64,000 nt of DNA from Casimicrobiaceae bacterium (GCA_035308425.1 DATGGP010000015.1:23521-87520); one strand, 5' to 3'. Shown: positions 12,756 to 28,395, counted from the stretch's first letter. The notes: generated by a model from the sequence alone, not told the origin. Numbers and translations are program-made.

Positions 12756-13466
12756 ATGGATAACGTGAACATGCTGGTCGAGCCGATCCGCGAATCGCTG
12801 CATCAGATCGGCGCTTTCCTGCCGCGGCTACTCCTCGCGATCGTCGTGCTCCTCATCGGCTGGCTGATCGCGAAGCTCGTCCGCTTCGCGATCGTCAAGG
12901 CGCTGTACGCGATCAACTTCAACGTCGTCACGGAGAAGGCGGGCGTCGATCGCTTTCTCGCGCAGGGCGGCGCCGAGATCGATACGATCCGCGTGCTCGG
13001 TGGCCTCTTCTACTGGCTCGTGATCCTCGCCGCGCTGATGATCGCGTTCAATACGCTCGATCTCGCGTACGTGACGGACCTGCTCGGCCGGATCGTGCTG
13101 TTCGTGCCGCGCGTGATGGTCGCCGTCGTGATCCTCGTTTTCGGCGCGTACTTCGCCCGTTTCGTCGCGACGGCCCTTTCGACCTATCTTCGCAACATCG
13201 GCGCGCGCGAGGCGGGTCTCATGGGGCGCTTCGCGCTCTACGCGATCATGGTGTTCGTCGTCATGATCGCGCTCGATCAGCTCGGCCTCGGCGACATCAT
13301 CCGCGAGACGTTCCTCGTGCTCGTCGCGGCGATCGCGCTCGCGCTCGCGCTCGCCTTCGGCCTCGGCGGACAAAGGCGCGCGGCGGACCTGCTGGAGCGC
13401 TGGTCGCGCCACGAGATCGACGAGACGCGCGACGCGCGGCCGCGCAGCAAGTCATCCGTGCTGTGA
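12756..13466 (+). CDS. CmpX-like / conserved TM-helix membrane protein (MscS-associated TM repeat, no cytoplasmic MscS domain)
   Basis: 236 aa; two FLPRLLLAIVVLLIGWLIAK / FVPRVMVAVVILVFG repeats and a C-terminal ALAFGLGG motif. GGGAG RBS before ATG 12756. Confidence 0.8.
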   Translation: MDNVNMLVEPIRESLHQIGAFLPRLLLAIVVLLIGWLIAKLVRFAIVKALYAINFNVVTEKAGVDRFLAQGGAEIDTIRVLGGLFYWLVILAALMIAFNTLDLAYVTDLLGRIVLFVPRVMVAVVILVFGAYFARFVATALSTYLRNIGAREAGLMGRFALYAIMVFVVMIALDQLGLGDIIRETFLVLVAAIALALALAFGLGGQRRAADLLERWSRHEIDETRDARPRSKSSVL

Positions 13467-13469
13467 GCG

Positions 13470-13509
13470 CCCCTCACCCCGACCTCTCCCTGCGAGCGGG
13501 GAGAGGGGG
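13470..13509. repeat. BoxC/REP-like palindromic intergenic element
   Basis: CCCCTCACCCCGACCTCTCCC-tgcgagc-GGGGAGAGGGGG matches the widespread CCCTCACCC..CCCTCTCCC..GGGAGAGGG repeat type. Confidence 0.65.
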
Positions 13510-13539
13510 CCGAAGACCCGTGCGCGTATCTGACCCCTT

Positions 13540-15665
<2,126 letters not shown>

Positions 15666-15669
<4 letters not shown>

Positions 15670-17492
15670 AGCGATGTCACGTGATGCCTTTCGGCGCGAC
15701 GTACGCAAGGGAGGCGACGGCGTTCCGGTTGTGGGCGCCGGGCGCCGCGCGCGTCGACCTGATGCTCGACGCCGATGGCGCTTCGCGCGAGCTTACGATG
15801 CAGCGCGCCGGCGATGGCTTTTACGAGCGAAGCGTCGAAGGCATCGCGCTCGGCGCGCGTTACGCATTTCGCATCGACGAACGCAACACCGTTCCGGATC
15901 CCGCGTCGCGCGGGAATCCCGACGGCGTGCACGCGCCGAGCATGGTCGTCGATCCGGCGAGCTACGACTGGCGCGATCGCGCGTGGCGAGGACGGCCATG
16001 GCCGGAGGCCGTCGTCTACGAGCTGCACGTCGGAACGTTCACGCCTGCCGGGACGTTCGCGGCCGCGATCGAGCATCTCGATGCGCTCGTCGATCTCGGC
16101 GTCACCGCGGTCGAGCTGATGCCGCTGGCGGCGTTCGGCGGTACGCGAAACTGGGGCTACGACGGCGTGCTGCCGTTCGCGCCTGCGGCAAGCTACGGCA
16201 CGCCCGACGATCTCAAGCGCCTCGTCGACGCCGCGCATGCGCGCGGCTTGATGATGCTTGTCGACGTCGTCTACAACCATTTCGGTCCCGACGGCAATTA
16301 CCTGCACCTCTACGCGCCGCAATTCTTCAACCCCCGGCATCGGACGCCGTGGGGCGCGGCGATCAACTTCGATGCCGAGGGGAGCGGCACGGTGCGCGAC
16401 TTTTTCATTCACAATGCGCTTTACTGGCTCGAGGAGTTCCACTTCGACGGGTTGCGGCTCGATGCGGTGGACACGATCGCCGACGACTCGCGTCCCGATT
16501 TCGTGACCGAGATCGCGACACGCGTTCGCGAATGGGCGGGCGAACGCGATGTCCACCTCGTCCTCGAGAACGACCGCAACGAGGCGCGCTATCTTCGGCG
16601 GGACGAACGCGGCCGGCCGATCCTCGCGACGGCGCAATGGAACGACGATGTCCATCACGCGCTGCACGTGATCGCGACCGGCGAGCGCGAAGCCTATTAC
16701 GCCGATTACGAGGCGCAACCGGTTCAGTCCTTGGCGCGCGCGCTCGCCGAGGGCTTCGTCTACCAGGGGCAGCCGTCGCTGTATCGTGAAGGCCGGCCTC
16801 GCGGCGAGCGAAGCGGCGACCTGCCGCCCGACGTTTTCGTATCGTTCGCGCAGGACCACGACCAAGTGGGCAATCGTGCGTTCGGCGAGCGTCTCGTGTC
16901 CCTCGCCGATCACGAGCGGCTGCGCGCCCTCGTGGCCTGCATCCTTCTCTCCCCGCAGGTGCCAATGCTGTTCATGGGCGAGGAGTTCGGCGCGACGACG
17001 CCGTTCCTGTTCTTCTGCGATTTCGAGGGCGATCTCGCGAAGGCGGTCACCGAAGGTCGGCGACAGATGTTCGCGTGCTTTGCGCGCTTTCGCGATCGTT
17101 CCGAGCGGGAGTCGATTCCAGATCCGAATGCGCTTTCGACGTTCACGGCAAGCAAGCTTGACTGGGGCGAAGCGACATCGGCGCACGGCGAACACTGGCG
17201 ACATTTCTATCGTCGCTGCCTGACGATCCGGCATCGCCACATCGTGCCGCTCCTTCGCCGGATGTCACGTGGCGGAACGTTCGATGTCGACGACGATGCG
17301 CTGATCCGCGTCACATGGCCGGCCGGCGATGCGCGATTGCATCTCGTCGCGAATCTGTCGTCCGGCGCATCGATCGAGACGCCGATGCCGCCGGGCGAGT
17401 CGATCTTCGCGAGCGATGCGATGCCCGAGCCCGGAGTGGCGGGCGGGGTCCCGCGTTACGGCGTCGCGTTCGTCGTCGAAGGTCGAGTATGA
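15666..17492 (+). CDS. treZ: Malto-oligosyltrehalose trehalohydrolase
   Basis: 608 aa; YELHVGTFT, NWGYDGV, DVVYNHFGPDGNY, DGLRLDAV and QDHDQVGNRAFGER motifs. GTGA overlap with glgX. Confidence 0.95.
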
Positions 17493-19677
17493 ACACGCTG
17501 CTGCACCGGCTGGCGCGCGCGCACGGCATCGCGCTCGAATATCGCAACGCGTGGGGCAACGTGCAGCGAATCTCCGACGGCGTGCTGCGCGCGGTCCTCG
17601 CCGCGATGCATGTCGATATCGCGACCGAGGAGGCGATTGCACGCGCGCTCGACGCGCTCGACTTCGCGCGATGCGGGCAATGCCTGCCGCCGATGAGCGT
17701 GGTTCGGAAAGCCTCGCGTCCCTGGCGCATCGAAGTGAACCTGCCGCTGCGCTATGCCTCGCAGGCGCTCGCGTGGCGCGTGATCGCCGAGGACGCCGGC
17801 GAATATCGTTTCGCGATTCCCGATGCCGAGTTGCGCATCGCGACGGCGTCCAGCGGACCTTGCATCAAGGTTCGTCTTTCGCTCGATGCGCCGCTTTCGA
17901 TCGGCTATCACACGATCGAGCTTGTCGCGAACGGCGTCACGATCGCGCATGGCATGCTGGCCGTTGCGCCCACCAAATGCCATCGACCGGCGGCGCTACG
18001 CAATGGCGGCCGTACGTGGGGTGTCGCCGTGCAGCTTTACGGCGTTCGCTCGGCACGCAACTTCGGCATGGGTGATTTCACCGATCTCGCCAATCTTGTC
18101 GGCCGCGTCGGCGCCGAGGGCGCCGACGTCGTCGGCGTCAATCCTCTGCACGCGCTCTTTCCGCACAACCCGACGCATGCGAGCCCGTACAGCCCGTCGA
18201 GCCGCATGTTCGTCAACGTCTTCTATCTCGACGTGGAGGCAATTGCCGAATTCGCGCGTTGCGCGCATGCGCGCGAGCGTGTCAACTCATCGACGTTCCG
18301 CTCGGCGCTTGCGAAGGTTCGCGCAGCGCCGCTCGTCGATTACGCGGGCGTCGCGGCGTTGAAGATGCCGCTGCTCGAATTGCTCTACGTCCAGGCAAGG
18401 GGGGATGCGCGCTCGGGCGCCACGTCGCGCTGGTTGGAGTTCGATGCGTACAAGACGGCTGGTGGCGAGGCGTTGCGCCGCCAGGCGCTGTTCGACGCGC
18501 TGCAGGCGCACTTCCATGCGCGCGATCCGGCGATCTGGGGATGGCCGGTGTGGCCCTCCGATTATCGCGACCCGGCATCGCGTGCCGTTCGCGCATTCGC
18601 CGACGAGCATGGCGAGCGCGTCGGTTTCTTCGCATGGCTGCAATGGCAGGCGGATCTGCAGCGTGAGTCCATCGCAACGCGCGCGCGACAATCGGGGCTC
18701 GCGATCGGCCTCTACACCGACCTCGCCGTGTCGATCGATCGCGGCGGTGCGGAAGCGTGGGCGAATCAAGCGCTGTACGCGGTCCGCGCGAGCGTCGGCG
18801 CGCCGCCCGACATCTTCAACGTTCGCGGCCAGGACTGGGGCCTGCCGCCGATGATTCCGACGCGGCTTCGCGATGCCGGCTACGCGCCGTTCATCGCGAC
18901 GCTGCGCGCGAACATGCGCGCTTCGGGCGCGCTGCGCATCGATCATGTGATGGGGCTCATGCGTCTCTACTGGGTGCCGTCCGGCGCGACGCCCGCCGAC
19001 GGCGCGTACGTCCACTATCCGCTCGACGATCTCGCGGGCCTGCTCGCGCTCGAAAGCGAGCGCCACCGCTGTCTCGTGATCGGCGAGGATCTCGGCACCG
19101 TGCCCGACGAGGTGCGCATCGCGCTCGCGTCGAATGACCTGCTCTCGTACCGCGTGCTGCTCTTCGAGCGAAACGAGCAAGGCGAATTCAATCCGCCATC
19201 CGCGTATCCGGAAGCGGCGCTCGCCACCGCAAGCACACACGACCTGCCCACGCTTGCCGGCTGGTGGGAAGGCCATGACATTGCGCTTCGCGCGGCACAC
19301 GGCCATCTTGGCGCGAATGCCAATCTTGAATCCGCGATGGCGGAGCGCATTCGTGACCGCGGCCAACTGCTCGCGGCGCTTGTGCGTGAAGGCTTGCTGC
19401 CCGAGGGCACGCCGCTCGATCCGAACGCGGTCCCGACGCTCACGCTGGCGCTCGCCGCCGCGCTGCAGGCGTATCTGGCGCGAACGCCGTGCGCGCTGTT
19501 CGTCGTGCAGCCGGAAGACGTGTTCGGCGCGATCGAGCAGGCGAACCTGCCCGGCACGACGACCGAGCATCCGAACTGGCGACGCAAGTTGCCCGTTTCG
19601 CTCGATGACATGGCAACGGACGGACGGCTGCACGCGCTCGCCGCCCGCATCGCCACCGAACGTTCACGCGCGACGCC

Positions 19678-19681
<4 letters not shown>
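17489..19681 (+). CDS. malQ: 4-alpha-glucanotransferase (amylomaltase)
   Basis: GH77 motifs SPYSPSSR, GAPPD..N..GQDWGLPP, LRIDHVMGL, IGEDLGTVP, STHDLPT and HPNWRRKL. ATGA overlap with treZ. Confidence 0.95.
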
Positions 19682-22608
<2,927 letters not shown>

Positions 22609-22614
22609 CGCGCG

Positions 22615-23691
22615 ATGGCGACGCTGCGTTGGCTCGTCGTGCTCGTGCCGATCGCGCTCGGCGTTCGCTACCTGCTCGATGTCGCACCGATCGTCACGTT
22701 CGTCGTCGCGATCATCGCCATCGTTCCGCTCGCCGACTGGATTCGCCGCGCGACCGAGCAGATCTCGCGGCGAACCGGCTCGGCGATCGGGGGGTTGCTG
22801 AACGCGACGTTCGGCAATACCGCGGAGCTCGTGCTCGCGATCTTCGTACTGTTCGCAGGACACGCTACAGTCGTCAAGGCGCAGATCACCGGATCGATCA
22901 TCGGCAACGGCCTTCTCGGGTTCGGCCTCGCGATCGTCGCCGGCACGTGGGGGCGGCGCGAACTTCGCTTCAACCGCGAGCGCGCGGGATTGCTTGCGAG
23001 CCTGCTCGTGCTGGTCGTGATTGCACTCCTGGTGCCGGCGCTTTTCCACTACACCGAGCATGCGGTGCTCGCGGCGGCCGAAACCGAAGCGCTCGACGAC
23101 AAGCTGTCGATCTGCGTCGCGATCGTGCTGATCGTCGTCTATGCGGCGAACCTGGTCTACACGCTCGTCACGCATCGCGACGTGTTCGCGCTCGACGAAG
23201 CGCCCGACGACGAAGGTGCCACGTGGTCGCTCGCGCGCGCGGTCGTCGTGCTCGTCGCCGCGACCGCGGGGACCGCCGTCATGGCCGAGCTCGTCTCCGC
23301 TGCGCTCGTATCGGCCGCGAACGCGATCGGCGTGTCGACGTTCTTTCTCGGCGTGGTCGTGCTCGCCGTCGTCGGCAATGCCGCCGAATACTTCTCGTCG
23401 ATTTACTTCGCGCGGCAGTCGCGGATGGGCCTCGTTGCGACCATTACCCTCGGATCGACGATCCAGGTCGGTTTGCTCGTCGCACCGATCCTGGTGCTCG
23501 CGTCGCACCTGACCTCCCATCCGATGAGCCTCGTTTTCGACAACCCGCTCGAGCTCGTCGCGATCGCGAGCGTCGCGTTCGTCGTCAACGCGATCACGCG
23601 CGACGGCGAAGCGACGTGGTTCGAGGGCGTGCTGCTGATCGGCGTCTACGCGCTGCTGGCGTTCGCCTTCTTTTTCGCGACGCCTTTATAA
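22615..23691 (+). CDS. Ca2+/H+ antiporter (CAX/ChaA family)
   Basis: 358 aa, multiple TM helices; alpha-repeat motifs LNATFGNTAEL and VGNAAEY; GSIIGN. Confidence 0.92.
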   Translation: MATLRWLVVLVPIALGVRYLLDVAPIVTFVVAIIAIVPLADWIRRATEQISRRTGSAIGGLLNATFGNTAELVLAIFVLFAGHATVVKAQITGSIIGNGLLGFGLAIVAGTWGRRELRFNRERAGLLASLLVLVVIALLVPALFHYTEHAVLAAAETEALDDKLSICVAIVLIVVYAANLVYTLVTHRDVFALDEAPDDEGATWSLARAVVVLVAATAGTAVMAELVSAALVSAANAIGVSTFFLGVVVLAVVGNAAEYFSSIYFARQSRMGLVATITLGSTIQVGLLVAPILVLASHLTSHPMSLVFDNPLELVAIASVAFVVNAITRDGEATWFEGVLLIGVYALLAFAFFFATPL

Positions 23692-23698
23692 CCGACGA

Positions 23699-23726
23699 TG
23701 AACCCGCACGCGCCGCGCGGGTCACA
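23699..23726 (+). promoter_or_regulatory. Possible ECF-sigma promoter (TGAACC-N16-GTCACA) upstream of the metallothionein-like gene
   Basis: Resembles RpoE-type -35/-10 elements; about 35 nt before the RBS-bearing start. Confidence 0.3.
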
Positions 23727-23761
23727 ACGGATGCGGATCAACCGAGCACGAGGAGGAAATC

Positions 23762-23956
23762 ATGGCCAATGCACCAGGCAAATGCGCGCACGCGGCGTGT
23801 CGCTGCGACGTCCAGCCGGGCCAGAGGTATTGCAGCACGTCGTGCGCGCAGCAGGCGCAGCAGCAGGGAGGATCGAGCCGGCAGCAGGGCCAGCAGCAAT
23901 CGGCGTCGGGGGCGTCGCATTGCAACTGCGACCACCCGAGCTGCCAGCACGGCTGA
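23762..23956 (+). CDS. Bacterial metallothionein-like Cys/His-rich protein with Gln-rich linker
   Basis: 64 aa, strong GAGGAGG RBS. CAHAACRC...YCSTSC...HCNCDHPSC (8 Cys, 4 His) matches the proteobacterial BmtA-like pattern. Confidence 0.8.
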   Translation: MANAPGKCAHAACRCDVQPGQRYCSTSCAQQAQQQGGSSRQQGQQQSASGASHCNCDHPSCQHG

Positions 23957-23967
23957 CGCAACTCGCG

Positions 23968-24402
23968 CTACCGCCCCGCTTCGACGAACTCCCACGGCGA
24001 TTTGCCGTGGTGATGGCGGTAGTAGTGATCGTGCAGCGTGGCGAGCTCACTCGCGATCGCGAGCGGAAAGCCTTTGCGGCCGCCGCGACGATCGGTCATC
24101 AGATCGTCGAGAAAGCGCTCGCATTTGACCGGATCGCTCCAAAGCTTCGCGATCCGGTTGGCAAGCCGTCCGTAGCGAAGCGCGAGCTGGCGCGGACGCA
24201 CCGACTCCGGCAACTCCGCCATCCACGCATTCGCCTCGTCGGAAAGCGGCTCGGGCGGCGTCGACGTGCGCTTTTCTTCCCAGTTCTCCGGCGACTTCCG
24301 CACCGCATACGCGGCAGGACCGGTTTCGTCGAGCGCCTTGCGCGCTTCGGTCAAGGAAACTTTTTCGAACTCAAGCGAGCCTGAATCGCCAGAACCCGGC
24401 AT
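23968..24402 (-). CDS. Conserved hypothetical protein (LPxxVRP..L...RLANRIA.LW.DP...DDL..DRRGGR.GFP family)
   Basis: 144 aa; AGGAG RBS before ATG 24402. Motif recalled from uncharacterised betaproteobacterial proteins. Confidence 0.75.
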   Translation of the reverse strand: MPGSGDSGSLEFEKVSLTEARKALDETGPAAYAVRKSPENWEEKRTSTPPEPLSDEANAWMAELPESVRPRQLALRYGRLANRIAKLWSDPVKCERFLDDLMTDRRGGRKGFPLAIASELATLHDHYYRHHHGKSPWEFVEAGR

Positions 24403-24618
24403 GACCGCTCTCCTCTCGCGCTTGCGGGTGACTGCAGCCCGATGCGCCGTGTAGCCCACATCATGCGTGCCTCGGCGACTCGTAAGGCGTCCTGTCGCCG
24501 GACCGCATCACCCTCGCGTCCATCGTAATGACGATGGGCGCTTCGCGCACGACCGCGCGTCGTGGCGGCGTGCTTTCACCGACGAACGGCGCAGCGTGCA
24601 CGCAACATGCGCTGAATG

Positions 24619-24649
24619 AAAAAAGGCCGGGCAGCGCCCGGCCTTTTTT
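24619..24649. terminator. Intrinsic terminator of the csp gene (bidirectional architecture)
   Basis: AAAAAAGGCCGGGC-agc-GCCCGGCCTTTTTT perfect stem with A6/T6 tails. Confidence 0.9.
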
Positions 24650-24670
24650 CCTGTGCGGGAAAGCGCGACG

Positions 24671-24874
24671 TCAGACCGCCTGGATGTTCGAGGCTTGCTT
24701 GCCCTTCGGACCTTGCGTCACCTCGAAGCTGACCTTCTGGCCTTCCTTGAGCGTTTTGAAGCCCTGCATGTTGATCGCCGAGAAGTGAGCGAACAGATCC
24801 TCGCCCCCGCCATCGGGAGTGATGAATCCGAAGCCCTTCGCGTCGTTGAACCACTTCACAGTTCCGGTTGCCAT
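24671..24874 (-). CDS. cspA: Cold-shock protein (CspA family)
   Basis: 67 aa; [12 protein letters not shown] (RNP1) and LFAHFSAI (RNP2). Exact paralogue name uncertain. Confidence 0.95.
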   Translation of the reverse strand: MATGTVKWFNDAKGFGFITPDGGGEDLFAHFSAINMQGFKTLKEGQKVSFEVTQGPKGKQASNIQAV

Positions 24875-25024
24875 GTTCTCTTTGATTCCTCAAGTACGAG
24901 AAGTAAACGGGACGTTGCCCGGCCGATGTTTCGATCTCAAGGAAAGTACGGCGGTCGAACGACTGCGTGGCGGTCGTACAGAGCGTGCCTTTACTGCCTG
25001 GAACAAAACACGGCGCGCACTATA
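24875..25024 (-). promoter_or_regulatory. Putative -10 element (TATAGT, 25019-25024) and ~140-nt 5' UTR of csp
   Basis: TATAGT followed by a GC-rich discriminator on the minus strand; no good -35. Long leaders are typical of csp genes. Confidence 0.35.
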
Positions 25025-25186
25025 CGTCAGATTTTCCAAAAAAGCGACAACTTTCCGGCGGGCGGCGCGGTTAAGTGTTGCGCGGAAAGCCACGCCAGAC
25101 GCGGGATTCCGCGCGCCGGCCGGCCGGGCCGGCGAGGCGCGTTAAGCACGCTCTGAAACAACTCCCTCCGTGGCGCGCCGGCCGCC

Positions 25187-26212
25187 CTACGCCAGTTCCC
25201 CGCGGACGACCGCGGCGCCTTCGCCCAACGCCCGAAGCTTTCGCCGCGCCACGTCTCGTGCGAGCGGCACCATGCCGCAGTTGGTGCAGGGATAAAGGCG
25301 TCCGGCCGGGACATGGCGAAGTGCCGCCCGTATCACCTCCGCGACCTCTTCGGGGGTCTCGACGCGGTCGGTCGCGACATCGATCGCGCCGACGAGCACG
25401 TCCTTGCCCTCCAGGAGCCCGATCAGGTCGATGGGCACGTGGGAATGCGCGCATTCGAGCGACACCTGATCGATCGACGAGGCGGCAAGCTGCGGGAACG
25501 TCTGCTCGTACTGGCGCCACTCGCCGCCAAGCGTCTTCTTCCAGTCGATGTTCGCCTTGATCCCGTAGCCGTAGCAGATATGCACCGCCTTGGTGCAGCG
25601 AAGGCCAGCGGCCGCTCGCTCGAGCGTTGCGATGCCCCAGTCGCGAACCTCGTCGAAGTAGACGTTGAAGGCCGGCTCGTCGAACTGGATCACATCGATG
25701 CCGGCAGCCTCGATCGCGCGCGCTTCCTCGTTCAGGATCTCCGCGAACGCCCACGCGAGCTTCTCCCGGCTGCCGTAATGGGCGTCGTGCAGGGTGTCGA
25801 CCATCGTCATCGGTCCGGGCAGCGTGAATTTGACGGCGCGATCCGTTTGCGAGCGCAGGAACGCGGCGTCGTCCACGTAAATCGGGCGCCGGCGTGCGAC
25901 CGCGCCGACGACGACAGGGACATCCGCGTCGTAGCGGTTGCGAATGCGTACCGTCTTGCGGTGCTCGAAATCCACGCCGTCCAGGCCTTCGATGAACGTC
26001 GTCACGAAGTGGCGGCGCGTCTGCTCGCCGTCGCTCACGATGTCGATGCCGGCCTGTTCCTGATCGCGAAGCACGAGGCGCACCGCGTCGCGCTTGCCTT
26101 CGGCGAGCGCTTCGCCTTCGAGCTTCCACGCGGCCCACAGCTTCTCGGGTTCGGCGAGCCACGACGGCTTCGGAAGGCTTCCGGCGATCGTCGTACGTAG
26201 CGGCTTCGTCAT
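25187..26212 (-). CDS. Short cobalamin-independent methionine synthase, MesD-like (MetE catalytic-domain family)
   Basis: 341 aa; AGSLPKPSWLAEPEKLW, DGEQTRRHFVTTFIE, VHICYGYGIKAN..WKKTLG.EWRQYE and YPCTNCGM (Zn ligands H, C, C). AGGAG RBS. Confidence 0.9.
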   Translation of the reverse strand: MTKPLRTTIAGSLPKPSWLAEPEKLWAAWKLEGEALAEGKRDAVRLVLRDQEQAGIDIVSDGEQTRRHFVTTFIEGLDGVDFEHRKTVRIRNRYDADVPVVVGAVARRRPIYVDDAAFLRSQTDRAVKFTLPGPMTMVDTLHDAHYGSREKLAWAFAEILNEEARAIEAAGIDVIQFDEPAFNVYFDEVRDWGIATLERAAAGLRCTKAVHICYGYGIKANIDWKKTLGGEWRQYEQTFPQLAASSIDQVSLECAHSHVPIDLIGLLEGKDVLVGAIDVATDRVETPEEVAEVIRAALRHVPAGRLYPCTNCGMVPLARDVARRKLRALGEGAAVVRGELA

Positions 26213-26254
26213 GCGTGAATCTCCTGATTCGCGGCCTTTCTCGATTCTATGCCC

Positions 26255-26284
26255 TTGACGCTCGCTCGCCCTGCCGCGTACCTT
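26255..26284 (+). promoter_or_regulatory. Putative sigma70 promoter for the dehydrogenase-ABC operon
   Basis: TTGACG-N18-TACCTT upstream of ATG 26328. Confidence 0.45.
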
Positions 26285-26327
26285 CTGCGAGCCGCGCGAG
26301 CGCACCTTCGCGCCTGGCCCCCGCCGT

Positions 26328-27302
26328 ATGCCACGCGTCCTCTTCGCCGACCACGACTTTCCCGACGTCGACCTCGAGCGCGAGATCTTCGCGGAGGCGG
26401 AGCTGTCGCTCGTCGTCGCGCAATGCCGGCGAGAAGAGGAAGTCATCGAGGCGGCGCGCGATTGCGTCGCGATCCTTCTGCAATACGCACCGATCGGCGC
26501 GCGCGTGGTCGATGCGATGCCGCGGCTTGGGATCGTGAGCCGGATCGGCGCAGGCTACGACACCGTCGACACGAAGGCGTGCGAAGCGCACGGCGTCTGG
26601 GTCGCGAATTCACCCGATTACGGAATTGGTGAGGTGGCGACGCACGCGCTCGCGCTTGCGCTCGCGTCGCTTAGAAACGTCGTCGGCTACGATGCCGACG
26701 TGCGCGCGGGCCGCTGGCAGTACCTGTCTGGCGGCGAGCTTCGCCGACCCGGTACGCTGACGCTCGGCATCGTCGGCCTCGGCCGCATCGGCAAGCGGAT
26801 GGCGCACGTGTCACGCAATGTCGTCGGCCGCGTGATCGCGTACGATCCGTACCTGATCGACGGCGACTTTCCTGCGTACGTCGAGCGTGCGCACACGCTC
26901 GACGCGCTCGCCGCGCAGGCGGACGTCGTCTCGCTGCATACGCCCCTCGATTCGACGACGCGCGGCATGATCGACCGGCGCTTCTTCGCCGCCGCGAAGC
27001 GCGGAATGACGCTCGTCAACACATCGCGCGGCGGCGTCGTCGACGTCGCCGATTTGCTCGCGGCGCTCGATGCTGGAATACTGCGGGGCGCCGCGCTCGA
27101 CGTGCTGCCCGATGAGCCGGTGCCGGCCGGCTCGCCGCTTGTTCGCGATCGGCGCGTGATCCTGACGCCGCACGCTGCGTTCTACTCGGTCGAGGCAGAA
27201 CGCGAGCTTCGACGCAAGGCGGCGCGGAACATCGTCGCATGGTGGCGAAGCGGCCGGCCCGACTATCCGGTGGTCGAGGGGACGCGGCGGCCCGAGTCGT
27301 GA
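26328..27302 (+). CDS. D-isomer-specific 2-hydroxyacid dehydrogenase (CtBP-like)
   Basis: 324 aa; [36 protein letters not shown] and LTPHAAFYS motifs. Confidence 0.92.
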   Translation: MPRVLFADHDFPDVDLEREIFAEAELSLVVAQCRREEEVIEAARDCVAILLQYAPIGARVVDAMPRLGIVSRIGAGYDTVDTKACEAHGVWVANSPDYGIGEVATHALALALASLRNVVGYDADVRAGRWQYLSGGELRRPGTLTLGIVGLGRIGKRMAHVSRNVVGRVIAYDPYLIDGDFPAYVERAHTLDALAAQADVVSLHTPLDSTTRGMIDRRFFAAAKRGMTLVNTSRGGVVDVADLLAALDAGILRGAALDVLPDEPVPAGSPLVRDRRVILTPHAAFYSVEAERELRRKAARNIVAWWRSGRPDYPVVEGTRRPES

Positions 27303-27324
27303 GCGAGGAAAGGAAGTTCAGTCG

Positions 27325-28395
27325 ATGGCAGCGGTGAATATCACGGGCGTGCACAAGTGGTTCGGCCAGACGCACGTGATTCGCGGCGTCGACGTCGCGA
27401 TCGCCGACGGCCGCTTCTGCGTGCTCGTCGGCCCCTCGGGCTGCGGCAAATCGACGCTCCTTCGCATGATCGCGGGACTCGAGCAGATCAGCGAAGGCGA
27501 AATCGCCATCGGCGGGCGCGTCGTCAACAAAGTGCGGCCCAAGGAGCGCGACATCGCGATGGTGTTCCAGAACTATGCGCTCTATCCGCACATGACCGTG
27601 CGGGACAACATGTCGTTCGCGCTCAAGCTCGCGAAGTTCGGCAGCGCCGACATCGCGGCGCGCGTCAAGCGCGCCGCCGAGATCCTGGGCCTTGCCGACT
27701 ATCTCGACCGCTATCCGCGCCAGCTTTCGGGCGGCCAACGCCAGCGCGTCGCCATGGGACGCGCGATCGTGCGCGACCCGCAGGTGTTCCTGTTCGACGA
27801 GCCCCTGTCGAACCTCGACGCCAAGCTTCGCGTGCAGATGCGAACGGAGATCAAGGAACTCCACCAGCGGCTTCGCACGACGTCGATTTACGTCACGCAC
27901 GATCAGATCGAGGCGATGACGATGGCCGATCGAATCGTCGTGATGCGCGAAGGGATCGTCGAGCAGGCCGGCGATCCGCTCGATCTCTACGACAAGCCGG
28001 CCAACACGTTCGTCGCCGGCTTCATCGGCTCGCCTGCGATGAATCTTCTGCCCGGCGTGGCGCGCCTAAACGGCGGCGCGTCGGTTGTCGAGTTCGAAGG
28101 CGGCATACGCCTGCCGATGCCCGTCGGCGCGCGTGCCGACGATGGCCAGCCGGTGTTCTACGGCATGCGTCCCGAGCACTGCGCGGTCGCCGGAACGGGA
28201 TTGCCGGCGGAAGTGGTTGTCGTCGAGCCGACCGGCGCCGACACGCAGCTCTTCTGCCGTTTCAACGGCCAGGAGGTGACCTCGCTCGTGCGTGACCGTG
28301 TCGCCTGCCGCGCGGGCGAGCGCATCGGGCTCATGCCCGATCTTTCGCGCGCGCATCTTTTCGACGTCGCGACCGGCGCACGGCTCGCGGCGTAG
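27325..28395 (+). CDS. Carbohydrate ABC transporter ATP-binding protein (UgpC/MalK-like)
   Basis: [34 protein letters not shown] and FDEPLSNLD motifs. Confidence 0.95.
   Translation: MAAVNITGVHKWFGQTHVIRGVDVAIADGRFCVLVGPSGCGKSTLLRMIAGLEQISEGEIAIGGRVVNKVRPKERDIAMVFQNYALYPHMTVRDNMSFALKLAKFGSADIAARVKRAAEILGLADYLDRYPRQLSGGQRQRVAMGRAIVRDPQVFLFDEPLSNLDAKLRVQMRTEIKELHQRLRTTSIYVTHDQIEAMTMADRIVVMREGIVEQAGDPLDLYDKPANTFVAGFIGSPAMNLLPGVARLNGGASVVEFEGGIRLPMPVGARADDGQPVFYGMRPEHCAVAGTGLPAEVVVVEPTGADTQLFCRFNGQEVTSLVRDRVACRAGERIGLMPDLSRAHLFDVATGARLAA

Noticed and set aside
26213-26327. SAH/SAM riboswitch upstream of the methionine synthase
   Set aside because: The 115-bp spacer lacks recognisable SAH or SAM riboswitch consensus and is largely occupied by divergent promoter elements. 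An Rfam scan would be decisive.
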